NCBI GenBank assembly: GCA_053919585.1
Contig: CM132814.1
Direction: 5' to 3' (one strand)
Length of the DNA stretch: 64,000 nucleotides
DNA from: Euprymna scolopes
Lineage: Eukaryota
Both the position numbers and the translations under genes were made by a program. The notes under the pieces were generated by a model, which was given only the letters and a program-made list of their open reading frames with translations, was not told the origin of the DNA and made no database searches. Below, in pieces: positions 27,830-42,995 of the stretch. How positions within the stretch are numbered: the stretch's first letter is position 1; each line of letters starts with the position of its first letter.

Positions 27830-30800
27830 TGTATTACAAAAAAAATAAACAGAAACACCAGAAGCATTATCAGTGGAAGCATTGCTGATTTATTGAGTCC
27901 ATCAGTTTGTTTATGCGAGGAACTGTTTCTGACAAGGCTACTCTCGTGTGATCATTGGCTTTCAGGCAGTTTTTGGCCTTTGTCTTTATTGCTACTAAAC
28001 TAAAATAATCATTTTTAAATTATCAGGTACTTCAATTATTTACCCCCAACTATATGTTTACCCCTAGGAGTAAATTTACCCCTGGTTGAGAACGTCTGTA
28101 CTAGGGTATAATGTGACCAACCGATTGTTTGAATTGAGCTTTTCTGACCTCCTGTCTATCCAAATTAAGAGTCAAAATGGATGAAGGCCGATCCACCAGG
28201 ATTCTGTCCTATGGCATTACACTCACAGGTATTTACTCATAGCCAACAGGTCGCCCCATTTTCTGAGAGAACTTACTCGTCTACATAGGGTTGCAGTTAG
28301 GCAACTTGTGACTTTAATTATTTGTAGACCATTTTCATCTCCATAATTGTTGAAGATGAGGATAACAATCCACAAATAAATAAACAAATAAATTACTCAT
28401 CTCAAAGGATTCCAATGAAAAATTATATATAACTTGTGACTTTTAATAAAAACAGCCAAAGGTGAAATGCTGGTTGAATGTTTTAATAAAAAAAAAAAAT
28501 TAAAAAAAGAAAATTGACAGTCTGAATAGTGGAAGATTTTATACTAAGTAGTTGCACTTGAAATTTAGGGGTGAAGCAGTCATAAGTTTTGAAATTCTAG
28601 GTGTAGGAATTGAACCTTATACTTCTTGCCTAGACTCCACAACCCTGAGTGGAACAATACCTCTACTCGTCCCCTAGGTTGATTTTGTTCTACTGCATAT
28701 CAACCCTTTTCGGGTTATTTAATGCCGAATCCAAAGATTCAGAAGAAAAATTTTTAATAAAATATATTTGTTGTTTTCAAATCAGTTTCTATTTAACCCA
28801 TAGTTGGGACCCTAACAGGTACTACCACTCCGGGTCAGAGTGGACCTGGGAGCAATGGTAATTAAAGGGTGGCTCCACACTCCCCAAAGCCCGCAAGCTG
28901 GGGCCTCACCACTGGATATAGTTTAAGGTCATATCCAGGACCCATCCCCTAGGAGTCGCAGTTGAATGTTATGAAGTTGAACCACATACCCCCCTTACTC
29001 CTTAACCCTCGAGTGAAACAATACCTCTATTTACACTCCACAAGTGACAATATGCCTTGTTTGGGGTGAATGTAAGTAAAAAAAAAAAAAGAAAAAAAAA
29101 GCGTCACATGATACATATTCTGTACTGTACTGATATGCAGAAGTTTAAATGTAACGTAAACCAACATCTTGTTAATCTTTTCTAGGCATGTTCTCAAATA
29201 AATAGTAGCCTCTTATGTCCAAATGTTGAAATACCTTATTAAAAAAAAATGAAACAATGTGTCTACGTATTTTCCACTTCATCAGACGCCCCTAAAAAAA
29301 GAGACTCAATTGAAACGTATTCTTACCTCAAGAATACAAGCAGCTTCTCTCCACTTTCCTGTCCATTCATCTGTCAAGACTTTCACCTGAAAATAACAAA
29401 TCAAATCTGACTGTAACAAAACCAAGACTAATGTAACAAAAATGTGTATAACGATATCAGCGGCATGTTACTGTGATCATCCTAAGAGAATTTAACATGT
29501 GTAGCTTCATTTGGTAGATTTTAATCTAATAGCAAAATAAACTTGTGTTTGTGCGCGTTCATTGTATAAGTTGTGATCCTTTGTCCACTGTTTTCATCTC
29601 ATCATAGTCGATGCTTAATTTCGACACTGCAACGTCAATTATGTTATCTTAGTCACAAAAAGATTTTCCTTCAAGCAAAATCACAATTTCAATCTAATAA
29701 ACCTGTATAAACTTGTGCTTGTGGGCATGATCGTCTGTTCTTTTCATCCTGATTCGGTGTTTGATTTCGACACTGCAGCCAGATTATGTCATCTTAGTAG
29801 CAAAAGGATTTTCCTTTAAAGAAAATCACAATTCTGAATTAAAACGTTTTGAGAAGTTAAAACGATATTTTGTTGCTTTATCGAATGAAACATTTGCAAA
29901 ACAATTCTTTCGGTGCTTGTCCAGAATTCCCTCTATCTTATGAAAAAAACAAACTGATGTTTGATTTGTGACAAAATGAAAATATCATATTCAAAAAAGT
30001 ATGTAAATTGATCAAGTAGTTTTATTTTTATAAAAATTAATGGGAATTCATAGGCATAACAAATCCAGCAAGTTTGAATTATGCCGAATTATCTCCCTTT
30101 GTTTTGCTTTTTTTTTTTTTTTTTTTTTAAAAGATAATCTTCAAAATGGTGGACACAATAACTGCTTTTCGGTTACTCAAAATTTTATTATTTAAAAATT
30201 AAACTACTTGATCAATTTATATGATTTTTGGAATATGATATTTTTGTTTTGTCACAGATACGTACAGCATACAAATTTTTATTTTTGTTTTTAATATAGG
30301 AAGAATTCTGAACAAGAACCATTCTTTCTAACTGAACACAAAACAACAGCCCTGTCAAGATGGGCCCTAAGGCCTATCTGTACAAGCTCAACAGAAAAAC
30401 CAGAATCTCTCAGACAAGCAAAGTTTACAATTTGCTCTCAGCTGGAACAAATGAGAAATCGCCACTTTTTACGTTTTGCTCAGAAATTTATATAAAGACA
30501 CCAAAATAGCAGTAGCGATTGAACTACACAGAAACCATTTCAGAATTATGAACTATTTAACCACTGGACATCAAATCTGACTGACCAGGGAGGTGCATTA
30601 TCTGGGGTGGACATAACTTCTGTGTTATCCAAATTGGCTCAAATGAAACCTCCTTTGGTTCTTGTCCAGAGAAATATGCACGATATACATATCCAGGACA
30701 AAACAAAAATATCATATTCCAAAAATTAATTGATCATGTACTTTTATTTTTCAACTACTTGATCAATTTACATGATTTTTGGAATAGTTTGTTGAATCAC

Positions 30801-33800
30801 GGTACGTACATCATACAAATTTTTCTTTATCTTTTTTTTTTTTTGTATATTCTGGTCAAGAGAGATAACTTTGATGTTCATTTTTTTTAATTTTTCATTT
30901 TTACCAAGAAATGTCACCGTCCTTCCACATACAGCAGTTGATATTTTCCAAATGGTCAGCCATCTGGTACTGACCAGGCTCAACATTGCTTAACTTCGAT
31001 GATCTAACACATTTATAAAACACAAATAAATATATTGATAATAAAATTGTTACCCGAGCTTCATTTTCATGAAGTTTTTCTTGGACTTTAGGAGAGGTAA
31101 GATTATCCTGAAATAACAAAATAAAAAAAATGAAAAACAAATTATGAATAAAAAGAATATATTTATATATATATGACACGTTAAAAAAATAATTCCATGC
31201 GTTTATTTCATAAATAGGAAGCATCACAAAAATTCTGATGATGGTTTCAGAGAAATTCCAGCATCTCTAAAGTGGTTAAGTCTGTCTATTCTGCTTATAT
31301 TTGAAACTAGCGGGGGCACCCGGTGTTGCCCAGGTGTTTGGAGGTGTAAAAGAAGAAAAAAAGTGTTAGTAGTCAGGTAGGCTTGAACCCGTGACGTGAA
31401 GGCGGAAAAAAAAGTAAAAGAAAGCGCAAACTTTTACCGCTACGCTATGATGCGAGAGGAAGTGAAAAGCGTTCAAATTTAGCGATGTCAATCAAAAAGT
31501 TGACTTGCAGTTAAGTGAATACGCATAAACGTTGGCTGAAGGCCAGTTCAGCTTTCCACGGTTTCATTTATTTGTTTCCCCACGAAAAAAGGGGGAGCTC
31601 TCAAATGAATAGCAATTGTCTGATATAAAGGGTTTTCTCCACATTGATCAAAACTGATAGTTTTTTTTTAAAATTTTTACTAATTTTAACGTGACACATA
31701 ATTAAGTAATAGTGCTTTTCTTTTTACTAATTCTAACATAACACGTAATTAAGTAATAGTGTTTTTCTTTTTACTAATTCTAACATAACACGTAATTAAG
31801 TAATAGTGTTTTTCTTTTTACTAATTCTAACATAACACGTAATTAAGTAATAGTGTTTTTCTTTTTACTAATTCTAACATAACACGTAATTAAGTAATAG
31901 TGTTTTTCTTTTTACTAATTCTAACATAACACGTAATTAAGTAATAGTGTTTTTTTTTAATGCAAAAGCATTGTAATTAAAACCAGATTAGTTTTTGGAA
32001 CATATTTGCAAATGTTAGATGAAAGTGAAATAAAATCCACTATGGAACAATACACTTCCTTGCAATGCGTGTAACAACAAAACAAAAAAAAAAATGAGTA
32101 TACTTACAATGTTGCCTCCCAATAACGTACGAAGACGTACAATCTCAGCCCGGAGCTCGCGAATCAAACGAACGTTTGGATCCTGAAATAAAATAATTTT
32201 AACATTTATTAATTGATTACTCGTGCTTCCTTTGCACAGTTCTTATTTTTATCAATAAGAATATTTCGACATTTAACGAAAATAAATCTGCAATCTTATA
32301 GTGTATATATATTTTGTTTACAGAAAGTTTTTAAATGAGACAAGTCAGTGGTACCGTCGGTTTCAGGACCGTTTTAGATACCCATATGAAGCTCTCGTCA
32401 GCCAATACTCATCATGACTTGTCTCATCTAAAAACTTTCTGTAAACAAAAAAAATATATAAATATGCTCTTATTTTCGAATTTTCCTTATAATTGAGAAC
32501 TCTGCTGGATTTCTTTTTCCCAAAAAACTAATTTATATATACACACACACGGGACATTCAATAAGTGATGGACCTGGCACTCTTCCAGTGGTCTGATCTA
32601 GCTGAAATTTTGCATGTGCAAGGATTTATATCTCTGAGTTATGTGTCAAATTACAGCTCTGAACTAATTGCGGTTTCCGATTTACAGTGGTTTGAACGGA
32701 GTCAGGTGTGAAATGAAGTTTTGAGTACCATGCAGTGATCTGGTGTTTGTATTTGAAAGGAAGCACATTACAGGAGACTTGATGAAATAAAAGAAATGCC
32801 CAGTAATGATGCCCCGTCATAAGACCTTGTAAAATGTTGGCATCGTGAATTCAAACATGGTCCCTTCTGCCACTGATGAAGCATTTGTCAGTCGAGTTGA
32901 GGCTGCCATTTTGGAACATCGGCGCATGACTATTTGCCAAATAGCCGAAGAGGTCAAAATTAGTACAAGGTCTGCAAAATCTTTCATTCATAACCTTTTG
33001 CATGTTCATAAGGTGTTTGGATTCCCAGGTTGCTAGCACCATTCCAGAAGTGAGAACGTGTCAAGTACTCGAGGATTAGCTTTTAGATGTGCCACAAAGA
33101 GAAGTCAAAGTTTTTCTAAAAAACTGATTCCACAAGATGAAACCTGGGTTAATTTTATGATTTACAGACCAAAGCCCAATCAATGCAGTGAAAGCATTTA
33201 GACTCACAACCTTCAAATAAGGCAAAGATGAAACCCTCTGCTGGCAAAGTTATGTTCACAATCTTCTGAAATTTAGACACGGTATTAATGACAGATTTCC
33301 TGGCAAAGAGTACCACAATTACGGGAATCTATTATGCTCTACTTTTGAGGAAATTAAGAGAATCTCTCAAAATCAAAAGGCAAGGCATGATCAGCAAAGG
33401 TAACCTCCCACTGCAAGACAACAATGCAGATGATAACATAAATGTTGACAGATCAGAATCACAGGCATGAACTGGAATAAATACATTGAACACATTACGA
33501 AGGCTGCTGCAAGGAAGGTGGGCTCTCTCTATCATGCTAGAAAATTGCTCACACCTGAGAGTATTCTGTACCTTCAAAATATTTAAGGATAAATGATTTA
33601 TGAAGGAAGAAGAGGAAGGGTATAAAGTAGTTTTAGTCTTACCTCATTGACAGTCGGTCTGTTAATGATGTTTTTGGCTCGGTTGGCATAACGTAAGGTG
33701 CTAAGTGTCTCACCGTAATTAACGTCCGCGGGAGAGATTGCTAGAAAAAAAGTTTTATATTCAAATGTTAAGTCATAGGGAAAAATATTTTCTGTTGTGA

Positions 33801-36800
33801 AAAGTTTTGTCGCGTTTCAGTTTGAAAGAGTTTTCCTTAGTCTGTTGTGGTTCAGTTTGAAAGAGTTTTCGTTAGTCTGTCACGCTTCAGTTCAACATCA
33901 TATTTTTGTTGGTCTGTTACATTTAATTTTAAAATAGCATTTAAATTTATCTGTCACTTTTTGGTTTGAAAGAATTTCATTGGTCTGTCATATTTCAGTT
34001 TGACATAGTAGTTTTGGTGGTTTGTCATGTTGAAATTTGAAATAGCATTTTCAGCATCAAACATAAAATATGAATAGATGCATCTTATTTGTTGATAATT
34101 ATTAAAATAATGGTTATATAGTTGTTTCTTGTTTTACTTGAAAGTCACCACTTATACGGGCCTGAAGGCCACTCAAGGATAAGGGTTAAAGTTGCCATTT
34201 GTATGAAGACTGATAATGAGAAGTTAAAAAAATGCATGATAAGTTGAAAATTGTAAATCAATTTCATAAATACCATATATATCTTGTACATAAAGTAAAG
34301 TGAGTTTCCCCTATTTCATTAACTGGAATAGCTTAATAAACAAGAAAAAAATATATAAACTGTCTTGCCATTCATTTTTGTCCTAAATTGGTTTGCTTTG
34401 TAAAGCATATTTAATTTTTAATCACATTAATTTATTCCATTACTAGAAGATGTACCCGGTACTACCTGGTTTTAACCATAACATTAAATTCCTTTAAAAA
34501 ACGTTAAATTCCTTTAAATAACGTTAAATTCCTTTAAAAAACGTTAAATTCCTTTAAATAACGTTAAATTCCTTTAAATAACGTTAAATTCCTTTAAATA
34601 ACGTTAAATTCCTTTAAATAACGTTAAATTCCTTTAAATAACGTTAAATTCCTTTAAATAACGTTAAATTCCTTTAAATAACGTTAAATTCCTTTAAATA
34701 ACGTTAAATTCCTTTAAATAACGTTAAATTCCTTTAAATAACGTTAAATTCCTTTAAATAACGTTAAATTCCTTTAAATAACGTTAAATTCCTTTAAAAA
34801 ACGTTAAATTCCTTTAAATAACGTTAAATTCCTTAAAAAAAAAAAAAAAAAATCTGAGACATGTGCATGCGAGTATTGTTTTTTCTAAACAGTTCACTTC
34901 TAGTAAGTAAAAAAAAACTTGAGGCGAGATTGAAACCAAAACTTAAAGACAGCGAGTTGAGTCCAATAACCATTAGGCCAGCTTGACACAATCGTTAGGT
35001 GTTTTCAAACCTACTTATTCTTAACATAAGTAATCTGGCATGTGAATGAGTCACGTATGCACAGTCACAAAACAGTTGACAAATGGATAAAAATGCGATG
35101 ACCTCCAAGTACTAATTTTTCAATTTAAACCCTTTAGCAACCCTTTTTACCGGATGAAAACCGATTAAAAAGTTTTCCACATGTCTGAATATCCTGTATA
35201 CCAAATTTCAAGTCTGTAGAAAAAAAAATTTATAGAGTATATAAGTTGAGAGTTGTCCTCCCACATTCTCACTTTTATAGATATATGGATTTTGTCCAGG
35301 TTGACATTTGTGTTTTCTTTTGTTTTATTACAAGAAAGTTGACATAGATTATACCCTCTCATCAACATGTACTATTACACCAGGCTAATTTACTTAGTAA
35401 AATGCATAATTTCCCTTTTTTTAATAACTAATGTTATGGATGCACATTATAGTAATAATCTTTCACATTTTTAACATTTACACATTACTTACAAATAGTT
35501 TTAAAAAGGTTCACATCTAATTATTTAATTTAGAGCAAACACCAAATGTATATTTATTAGTCATAATTTTTCATCAATAAACTTTGTAGAAATTAAAGAT
35601 AATAGATCAACAGAAAAGAACATTTTTACCTATGTACCCATCCGTACATTGCATTGAAGGGAGAAACTTGAATGCTTACTAGATATAACTCTCGGGTGTC
35701 TTTGGTAAAAAAGGTCATAAATAATGAGGCACTCGTAAAAATCTGAATAAAAGCATAAACAAATACTAGCAGGCCAGCATCCAGGATAAAAAGCTCCCCC
35801 CCCCCAACCCATTTATATACCAGGTGAGACGAGGTAACTAATGATGTAACCCTTCCTATCTCTGGAAGTGGCATGCCAGCCATGACAGAGGCCAATCATC
35901 AAACCTTCACGAAAAAGGTCCTGACCCCCATCTCCATGTAACCGAGACGCTGACTTTCAATCTTTCCTTTTGGCAAATTTTTCGTGCATGTATGATTTAT
36001 CCCAAAATTTTAGTATTGAATTATGTGCTGATTAGCAAAATTTATAGAATACATATAAATTTCATTTTGCTAAATAAGTTTCCTCTGAGGATGTGAGCCA
36101 TTCATTCAAACTCCATGGAATAAAGGATTTTTATTTTCCTTGTCAAAAAATAAATTGTTATAAAATTTAATTAACAGAATTTAAACCCAATTGTCTTTTT
36201 ATATTTATATAAAGTGAAAGAAAGAATGGTTTACTCACTGGCCACCATGATAGTCCGAGCATTTCCTCCAAGACTGTCTTTGAGTAACCAAGTCAGAACC
36301 GAATCTCGATAGGGAATGAAGGTACTCTTGCCTCGCTTTTCAGGAATCTCAGCTACAAAAAAAATTATGTTTGTGAATTTTTTTAGATCAAAACAATAAT
36401 CATATAATGTTTGACAAATGAATGTTTTACGGCATATCAACCCTTTTTTATGCTGAAACTATACATACTAAAGACGTAGGCTTGTAAGAATCAACACGAT
36501 ATGTTGTTGGCACTGGCTGCCCCTTATTTATAGGGAGGACTTGTGATAATTACTGGCGAGAATTAACAACCTAAGTTACATGAAAAATCACTCGTGATCC
36601 AACAGCACCAACAAAAAAAAATCCTTTTTAAGCAAGTCTTCAAATCGATCCTGTTAAAGGAGCGAGAGTCTATACAACATTTTAACAATTATAAAAAAAA
36701 AAATTCTTAACCATAACAAATAGCATCCTGCCTGAAAACTCATCGTTCAAACTCTTCAGTGTAACATTCGCAGGTAACCTGAATTGGGAACAAATACATT

Positions 36801-39800
36801 GAGGACATTGCCAAGGCTGCTGCACAGAAGATAAACTCTTCCTACCATGAAAGAAAATTACTCACACCTGAGCATATTGTTGGAATGATGGACGTACCAC
36901 AAGTCTCATTCTTAAATAAAATCCTAAAAAGAATCTCAAATTTAATAGACCCCGCACTATCAGCCAAGCTCCAACATCTGTCATAGCATCGCATTGTTGC
37001 ATCCCTATGCCTTTTTTTTACAAGTATTTTAATGGAATGTGCTCTGATGAACTCATAGTACTTGTGCCTCTTCAACTTACATACTTTTGACTAACTTGAC
37101 AAGCAGCAAAATTTCACCCCTTTACTGTAGAGGTCCCTAGATGTTGGAAAGCCTTTTTCTCTAATTGTTTCTTTCCTTAGACTGCTAAACTTTGGAATCT
37201 CCTATGTGTTTCCTGCTTCTCTTACTGTACTGATATGCAGAAGTTTAAATGTAATGTGAATAGACATCTTACAGTAGCCTCTCATGATCAAGTGGTAACA
37301 TATGCCTCGTTTGGGGGTGAAAAAGAATACAAAAATAAAATATAAAAATCCCGACGTTTATAAATCATTTCAACGGAAGAAATCTTAAGCAGTCACAACT
37401 TACCAAGGACAGATATGACATTGCCGAGCGTCACCAGAGACTTATTGATGCTGGCACCTTCTTTAAGACGTTGTCCTGAGGCCCCAGTGGCATCTGCACG
37501 TTCACTACAAAAATAAATTCACAAAGAATGAGTAAAATCATTTTCAAATCGTATTCCACATCTAATTTTAATAAGGTTTCTTTAACTAAATGCCTTAAAA
37601 ATTGGTACAAACCTGATTTTATGCAGTCTGTAGTGTCAGGTGGCAGACAAAAACAAATATGAACAAAAAAAAAACATTAAAAGAGAAACTACTGCTTCTA
37701 TATATATGCTGACAATTTTGTGAAGTAACGAGATTTCCCATCGCCTCATATGCAAATGAGATGTGGCCAGTTTGAATAATAATCATGTTATTCAGAGACT
37801 AAGTCAATTCGAATTTTGGAATAGCAAACTTTGACAGGAGTGCGTTGGATTTTGTAGTGTCTCTATTCCTGCAAATAACCATAAATTGTTTTTCTCATAA
37901 AAGTGATACCTCATTCACTAATATACTTATTTTCAAAGATAATATTTCTTGGGTGGTCCGACTCTGGACAGATATTTTTCAGTTCTCTATTTCCCACCCC
38001 CTCTTCCTCTGGTCAAGCATTTTACAATTGCACCGTTCGGCATTCGCATGTACTCGTAAAACATGCTGCACATGTTCACATGAGTGAAAGAGTATCCGTT
38101 TTGGAAAAAACTTTTTTCTCAAAGAAGGAGACTTGTAAAACCGCCATCTCTATTTGTTAAAAAAATATATACTTAACTTTACTTATATATAAAAGGCATT
38201 TTGTGTGTGTGAGAGTTTGTTCCCCATGAACTCTCAAACGGCTGGTATGATTTGTATGAAATATCACAAATATTCTTTGTATGTCTGGGAGTCTTCTTAA
38301 ATAGGTTTTGTATTGGAATACCTCTGATTTAAATTTAATTTAACTAGGGCAAAGTAAAAAAAGGAAAAAAGTAAAANNNNNNNNNNNNNNNNNNNNNNNN
38401 NNNNNNNNNNNNNNNNNNNNNNNNNNNNNNNNNNNNNNNNNNNNNNNNNNNNNNNNNNNNNNNNNNNNNNNNNNNNNNNNNNNNNNNNNNNNNNNNNNNN
38501 NNNNNNNNNNNNNNNNNNNNNNNNNNNNNNNNNNNNNNNNNNNNNNNNNNNNNNNNNNNNNNNNNNNNNNNNNNNNNNNNNNNNNNNNNNNNNNNNNNNN
38601 NNNNNNNNNNNNNNNNNNNNNNNNNNNNNNNNNNNNNNNNNNNNNNNNNNNNNNNNNNNNNNNNNNNNNNNNNNNNNNNNNNNNNNNNNNNNNNNNNNNN
38701 NNNNNNNNNNNNNNNNNNNNNNNNNNNNNNNNNNNNNNNNNNNNNNNNNNNNNNNNNNNNNNNNNNNNNNNNNNNNNNNNNNNNNNNNNNNNNNNNNNNN
38801 NNNNNNNNNNNNNNNNNNNNNNNNNNNNNNNNNNNNNNNNNNNNNNNNNNNNNNNNNNNNNNNNNNNNNNNNNNNNNNNNNNNNNNNNNNNNNNNNNNNN
38901 NNNNNNNNNNNNNNNNNNNNNNNNNNNNNNNNNNNNNNNNNNNNNNNNNNNNNNNNNNNNNNNNNNNNNNNNNNNNNNNNNNNNNNNNNNNNNNNNNNNN
39001 NNNNNNNNNNNNNNNNNNNNNNNNNAAAAGGAGAAAGGAAAAAAGGAGAAAGGAAAAAAGGAGAAAGGAAAAAAGGAGAAAGGAAAAAAGGAGAAAGGAA
39101 AAAAGGAGAAAGGAAAAAAGGAGAAAGGAAAAAAGGAGAAAGGAAAAAAGGAGAAAGGAAAAAAGGAGAAAGGAAAAAAGGAGAAAGGAAAAAAGGAGAA
39201 AGGAAAAAAGGAGAAAGGAAAAAAGGAGAAAGGAAAAAAGGAGAAAGGAAAAAGGAAAAAAGGAGAAAGGAAAAAAGGAGAAAGGAAAAAAGGAGAAAGG
39301 AAAAAAGGAGAAAGGAAAAAAGGAGAAAGGAAAAAAGGAGAAAGGAAAAAAGAAAAAGGAGAAAAAAGAAGAAGGAAAAAAAAAAGAAAAAAGACCAACC
39401 TTCCAGCCAAATCAACCAAATGAATCTTGCTGTGAATTTCACTCGGCATGTCTTTCACAAATTTTGCCTGAAAAATAAAATGCCAGTCAATAAATAGAAG
39501 CTATATATAAAAAAAAATAAAATGCCAGTCAATAAATAGAAGCTATATATAAAAAAGGTAAAATGGGTGCGAGCGTTTGTGTACGTCTGCAAAAGGCCTT
39601 TTGCATCGGAGGTCTTGTGTTAGATTCCGAAAGAAGTTTTTGCATATTTCCAAGATCGTAATATCTCAGATTCACAAACAGACACCGTCTCTATCTTTTT
39701 TATGATAGAGTTAAAAAAATTTCCCACTGTGCCGTCTTTTTTGTATAATAAAGCAAAACTATTCAAATGCAAAAGACAGAAAGCGGGAAGCTTGGCCTTC

Positions 39801-42800
39801 GGGCCGGGATGGTGCTGCATCTCACTTAACTTAATTGATCCATACTGAGACAATTACTACTTTTACTACTTTTTTTTTTGAATACTGCCAGAGTGCCCTC
39901 TTTTTAGGGGGAGCTGGTCCCCCCCCCTTACATTAAAAACAACCTTGTGTCTAATTTGCTTTCGTGGGGAAGTAAAAAAATATCACAACAGAAAGTGGGA
40001 AGCTTTCCTGGTCCCTGGCCAGGTTTACAAGCAGCATTTTGGGAAGCTTAACTGGTCTCCGGCTAGGTTTAAAAGCAACGTTCATTTCTGCGTATGCATG
40101 GCGACTCCTATGATTCTTAACTACCAACTTATTGAATTCACTTCCTCTTTGGCCTAAGACTGTGGGGGGTTAAAAAGTTGGGGCTAGCTGATTACATATG
40201 AAAAGAAAAAGGAACACACTTCCCTTTATGGAATGAGGTCAAAATAATTGACAGGGATGCAAGATGGAGAGTTAGACGATTTAAAGAAGCTGCACATATG
40301 CTAAAAAAAGAAAAATTACTAAGCAGACCAAGCATAGATATCAGCAGTATATGGGAACTTGTAATTATAAAGAAAAACGAAAATTGTACAACCTCTTCTA
40401 AAATTTTAACTGTAAAAGGAAGATAATCCTCTGTCAAACTTTATTATAGTTAACCTCCCTTTCTCAACCAAATTTTTGCACACATATGAAACTACGGTAA
40501 AAAAACAAAACAAAACAAAAAACAACTCCTAGAATACAAAATTATATACGGAGCCAGTAACTTTTCTCCTTTCTTTTCCAAGATGGCAACCAACATACCT
40601 GACAAAGATCAGAGGCTACAAATAACACTCAAGATGAGAACAATAGTTCGATCAAAACATGTAATACATACACCAGTCATAATTATTATCTTGATTACAA
40701 ACAGAACGCATTAGTTCAAGTTCTATCCAGATTTTAATTTTCTGGAAATTTAATTGGAATGTCTAATGAAAAAAAATATTTTTGAAATTTTATCTTTCCT
40801 GCTTTCTGACAATCTAAAAGCAATGAGTTTATATTCAATCTTAATTTGCTTTCAGAGCTTACAAAAATTTTCATCTATTGGCAATATCACATACTCATCC
40901 AAATGAGTTCTGGTTTTTAAAGAAATTCAAAGACCCCTCTGAAAATATGGGTCAAAAGTAAGATACCCTTTTTTAAATATAAGAATATCTGTAAACTGAT
41001 TTGTTCAAAATATAAATGTTCACTTACTTTTTTTTTTTTAATGTTTAAACGTTTCTCGAGAAATAACGAATATTTAATGTAAAATATTTTTTTTTAAAGA
41101 TAATAAAGTAAAATAAATTGAATTTATGTTTAAATGATAGAAAAGGAAATAAATGGATGTTATTCGCTGAGTTTTCAGGTTAAGTAAAGCAATATAATTT
41201 GGTGGGGTTTTCAAATCAACACTATTTACTTGGGTGAGTAAATATGTGAAATTGTCATGGAAATAGAAAAAGGCTGTGAATGAACTGACAAAAATATGCT
41301 GGATAATATTATCACAAAATTAATTCTATTGAGATGTGATCCATTCAGCAAGTTTGAGCAACTGTTGCATTATCCCCCCTTTTTTTTTTTTTTAATTTTT
41401 TTCAACATGGCAGTTGAGACAATCATTCATAAAATTTGATTTTCTTATTTAAAACTACTTGATCAATTTACGTGATGTATTTTCATTTTGACATGGGTCC
41501 ATATATCATACGGATTTTTCTTTATTTTTATTTTATAATATAAGGGGAATTCTGGACAAGAACCCCAGTCAAAACAAAAGTCAGCCATTTGCAGTTCTTT
41601 TAGTTCAATCAACAGAGACAGGCATTAGCTGTGGTATGAATTAGTCAATTAGAATAAAAATAAAACAAAATCTGAAGATTTAAAATAAACCAATCACCAA
41701 TATTGCTGAAGGAAATGGGTGAGGGACATGATCTAAGATATGGGGTTATTTTGTTAGATTTTTTAAAGTCAAAACCATTTGACATGATACTTGGTTCGGA
41801 CCAGCCTATTTTTTTGCTTTTGCTACTGGCACGAATATTTTCTGAAAATATTTATTCCGACTAAGAAAACTACTATCAGAAGCGGAAGAAGAAAAAGGAA
41901 AAAAAAGGGGAAAGAAAAGAAAAATAAGAAAATCACAGACAAATTACAACTGAAAGCATTACATATACAAATCTAATACTTAAAATTTTCGTGCTTATGA
42001 AGTATAAGATTTTGAATAGATACATTTTAGGTAAAAACACTGTATTTATGTGACAGGGTTAAAATTAGTAAAAATTTAAAAAAATTATTACAAGTAAAAA
42101 TAAAATTTATTCAATTATAGAGTTTTATTATGTTTTAATGTTGAAAGCTTCTTTAAAATCCAGGGCAGGTAACTGTAGTCTATAATTTTTGGAACTTGTA
42201 CAGTTTATTCAAGACATTAAAAAATGAAAATATCGAAAAAAAGGTCATATTGTACGTATTCATTATGGAACAAAGTTCTCCGAAAAAAAAATTCACTTAA
42301 TTTCATCAATTTTTTTTCTTTTACAGCGAAAAAACAATTTATTATGATACTGAGCAAAAGGTTCGATTTTTAGGAAAAAAAGCTAGTAATAAAGATGGGA
42401 GGGAGTGTCGGCGCTTTAACTGGAGTTATCTCCCCGTGGCGTGTTCAACAAATTCCATAATGGCTGACTTCAACGCGCTCTTTTAAGAATGTGCTTTTCT
42501 GCTGTAAAATAGAAAAACTACTCGATCAAATTAAATGAAATTTTTTTCCTGGAGATCTTCAGTTCAAAATGGATGCGTACAATATAACCTATTTTTGGTA
42601 TTTTTATTTTTTAATGTCTTGATTAAACTGTACAAGTACCTAATTTTTATAATAATTATCTCCCTTGCTTTTAATTAAAATCTACCATTTTAAAATAGAA
42701 AATGCCAGACTGCTATGTTTTTTGTTTTTTTTTTTAAAATAGTTTTAGTAAATCTTCTAGTGTACATTTTTTCGTAATTTTTTGTATTTTGATTAATTTC

Positions 42801-42959
42801 AACATGACACTTAAGTATATAATAGTGTTTTTACTTGAACCGCATTTTTTGAAATCTCATACTGCACAAGCACTGATTTTCCCATACGTTTCAACAAAGG
42901 AACCTTAAAATTTCTTAAAGTTTTTTTTGTGGAGTACTAAAAAACAAAAATATTCAAAA

Positions 42960-42995
<36 letters not shown>

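Noticed and set aside
38297-39458. 381-aa and 372-aa ORFs in the ORF track
   Set aside because: Artefacts: exon H read through into a simple repeat and an N gap.
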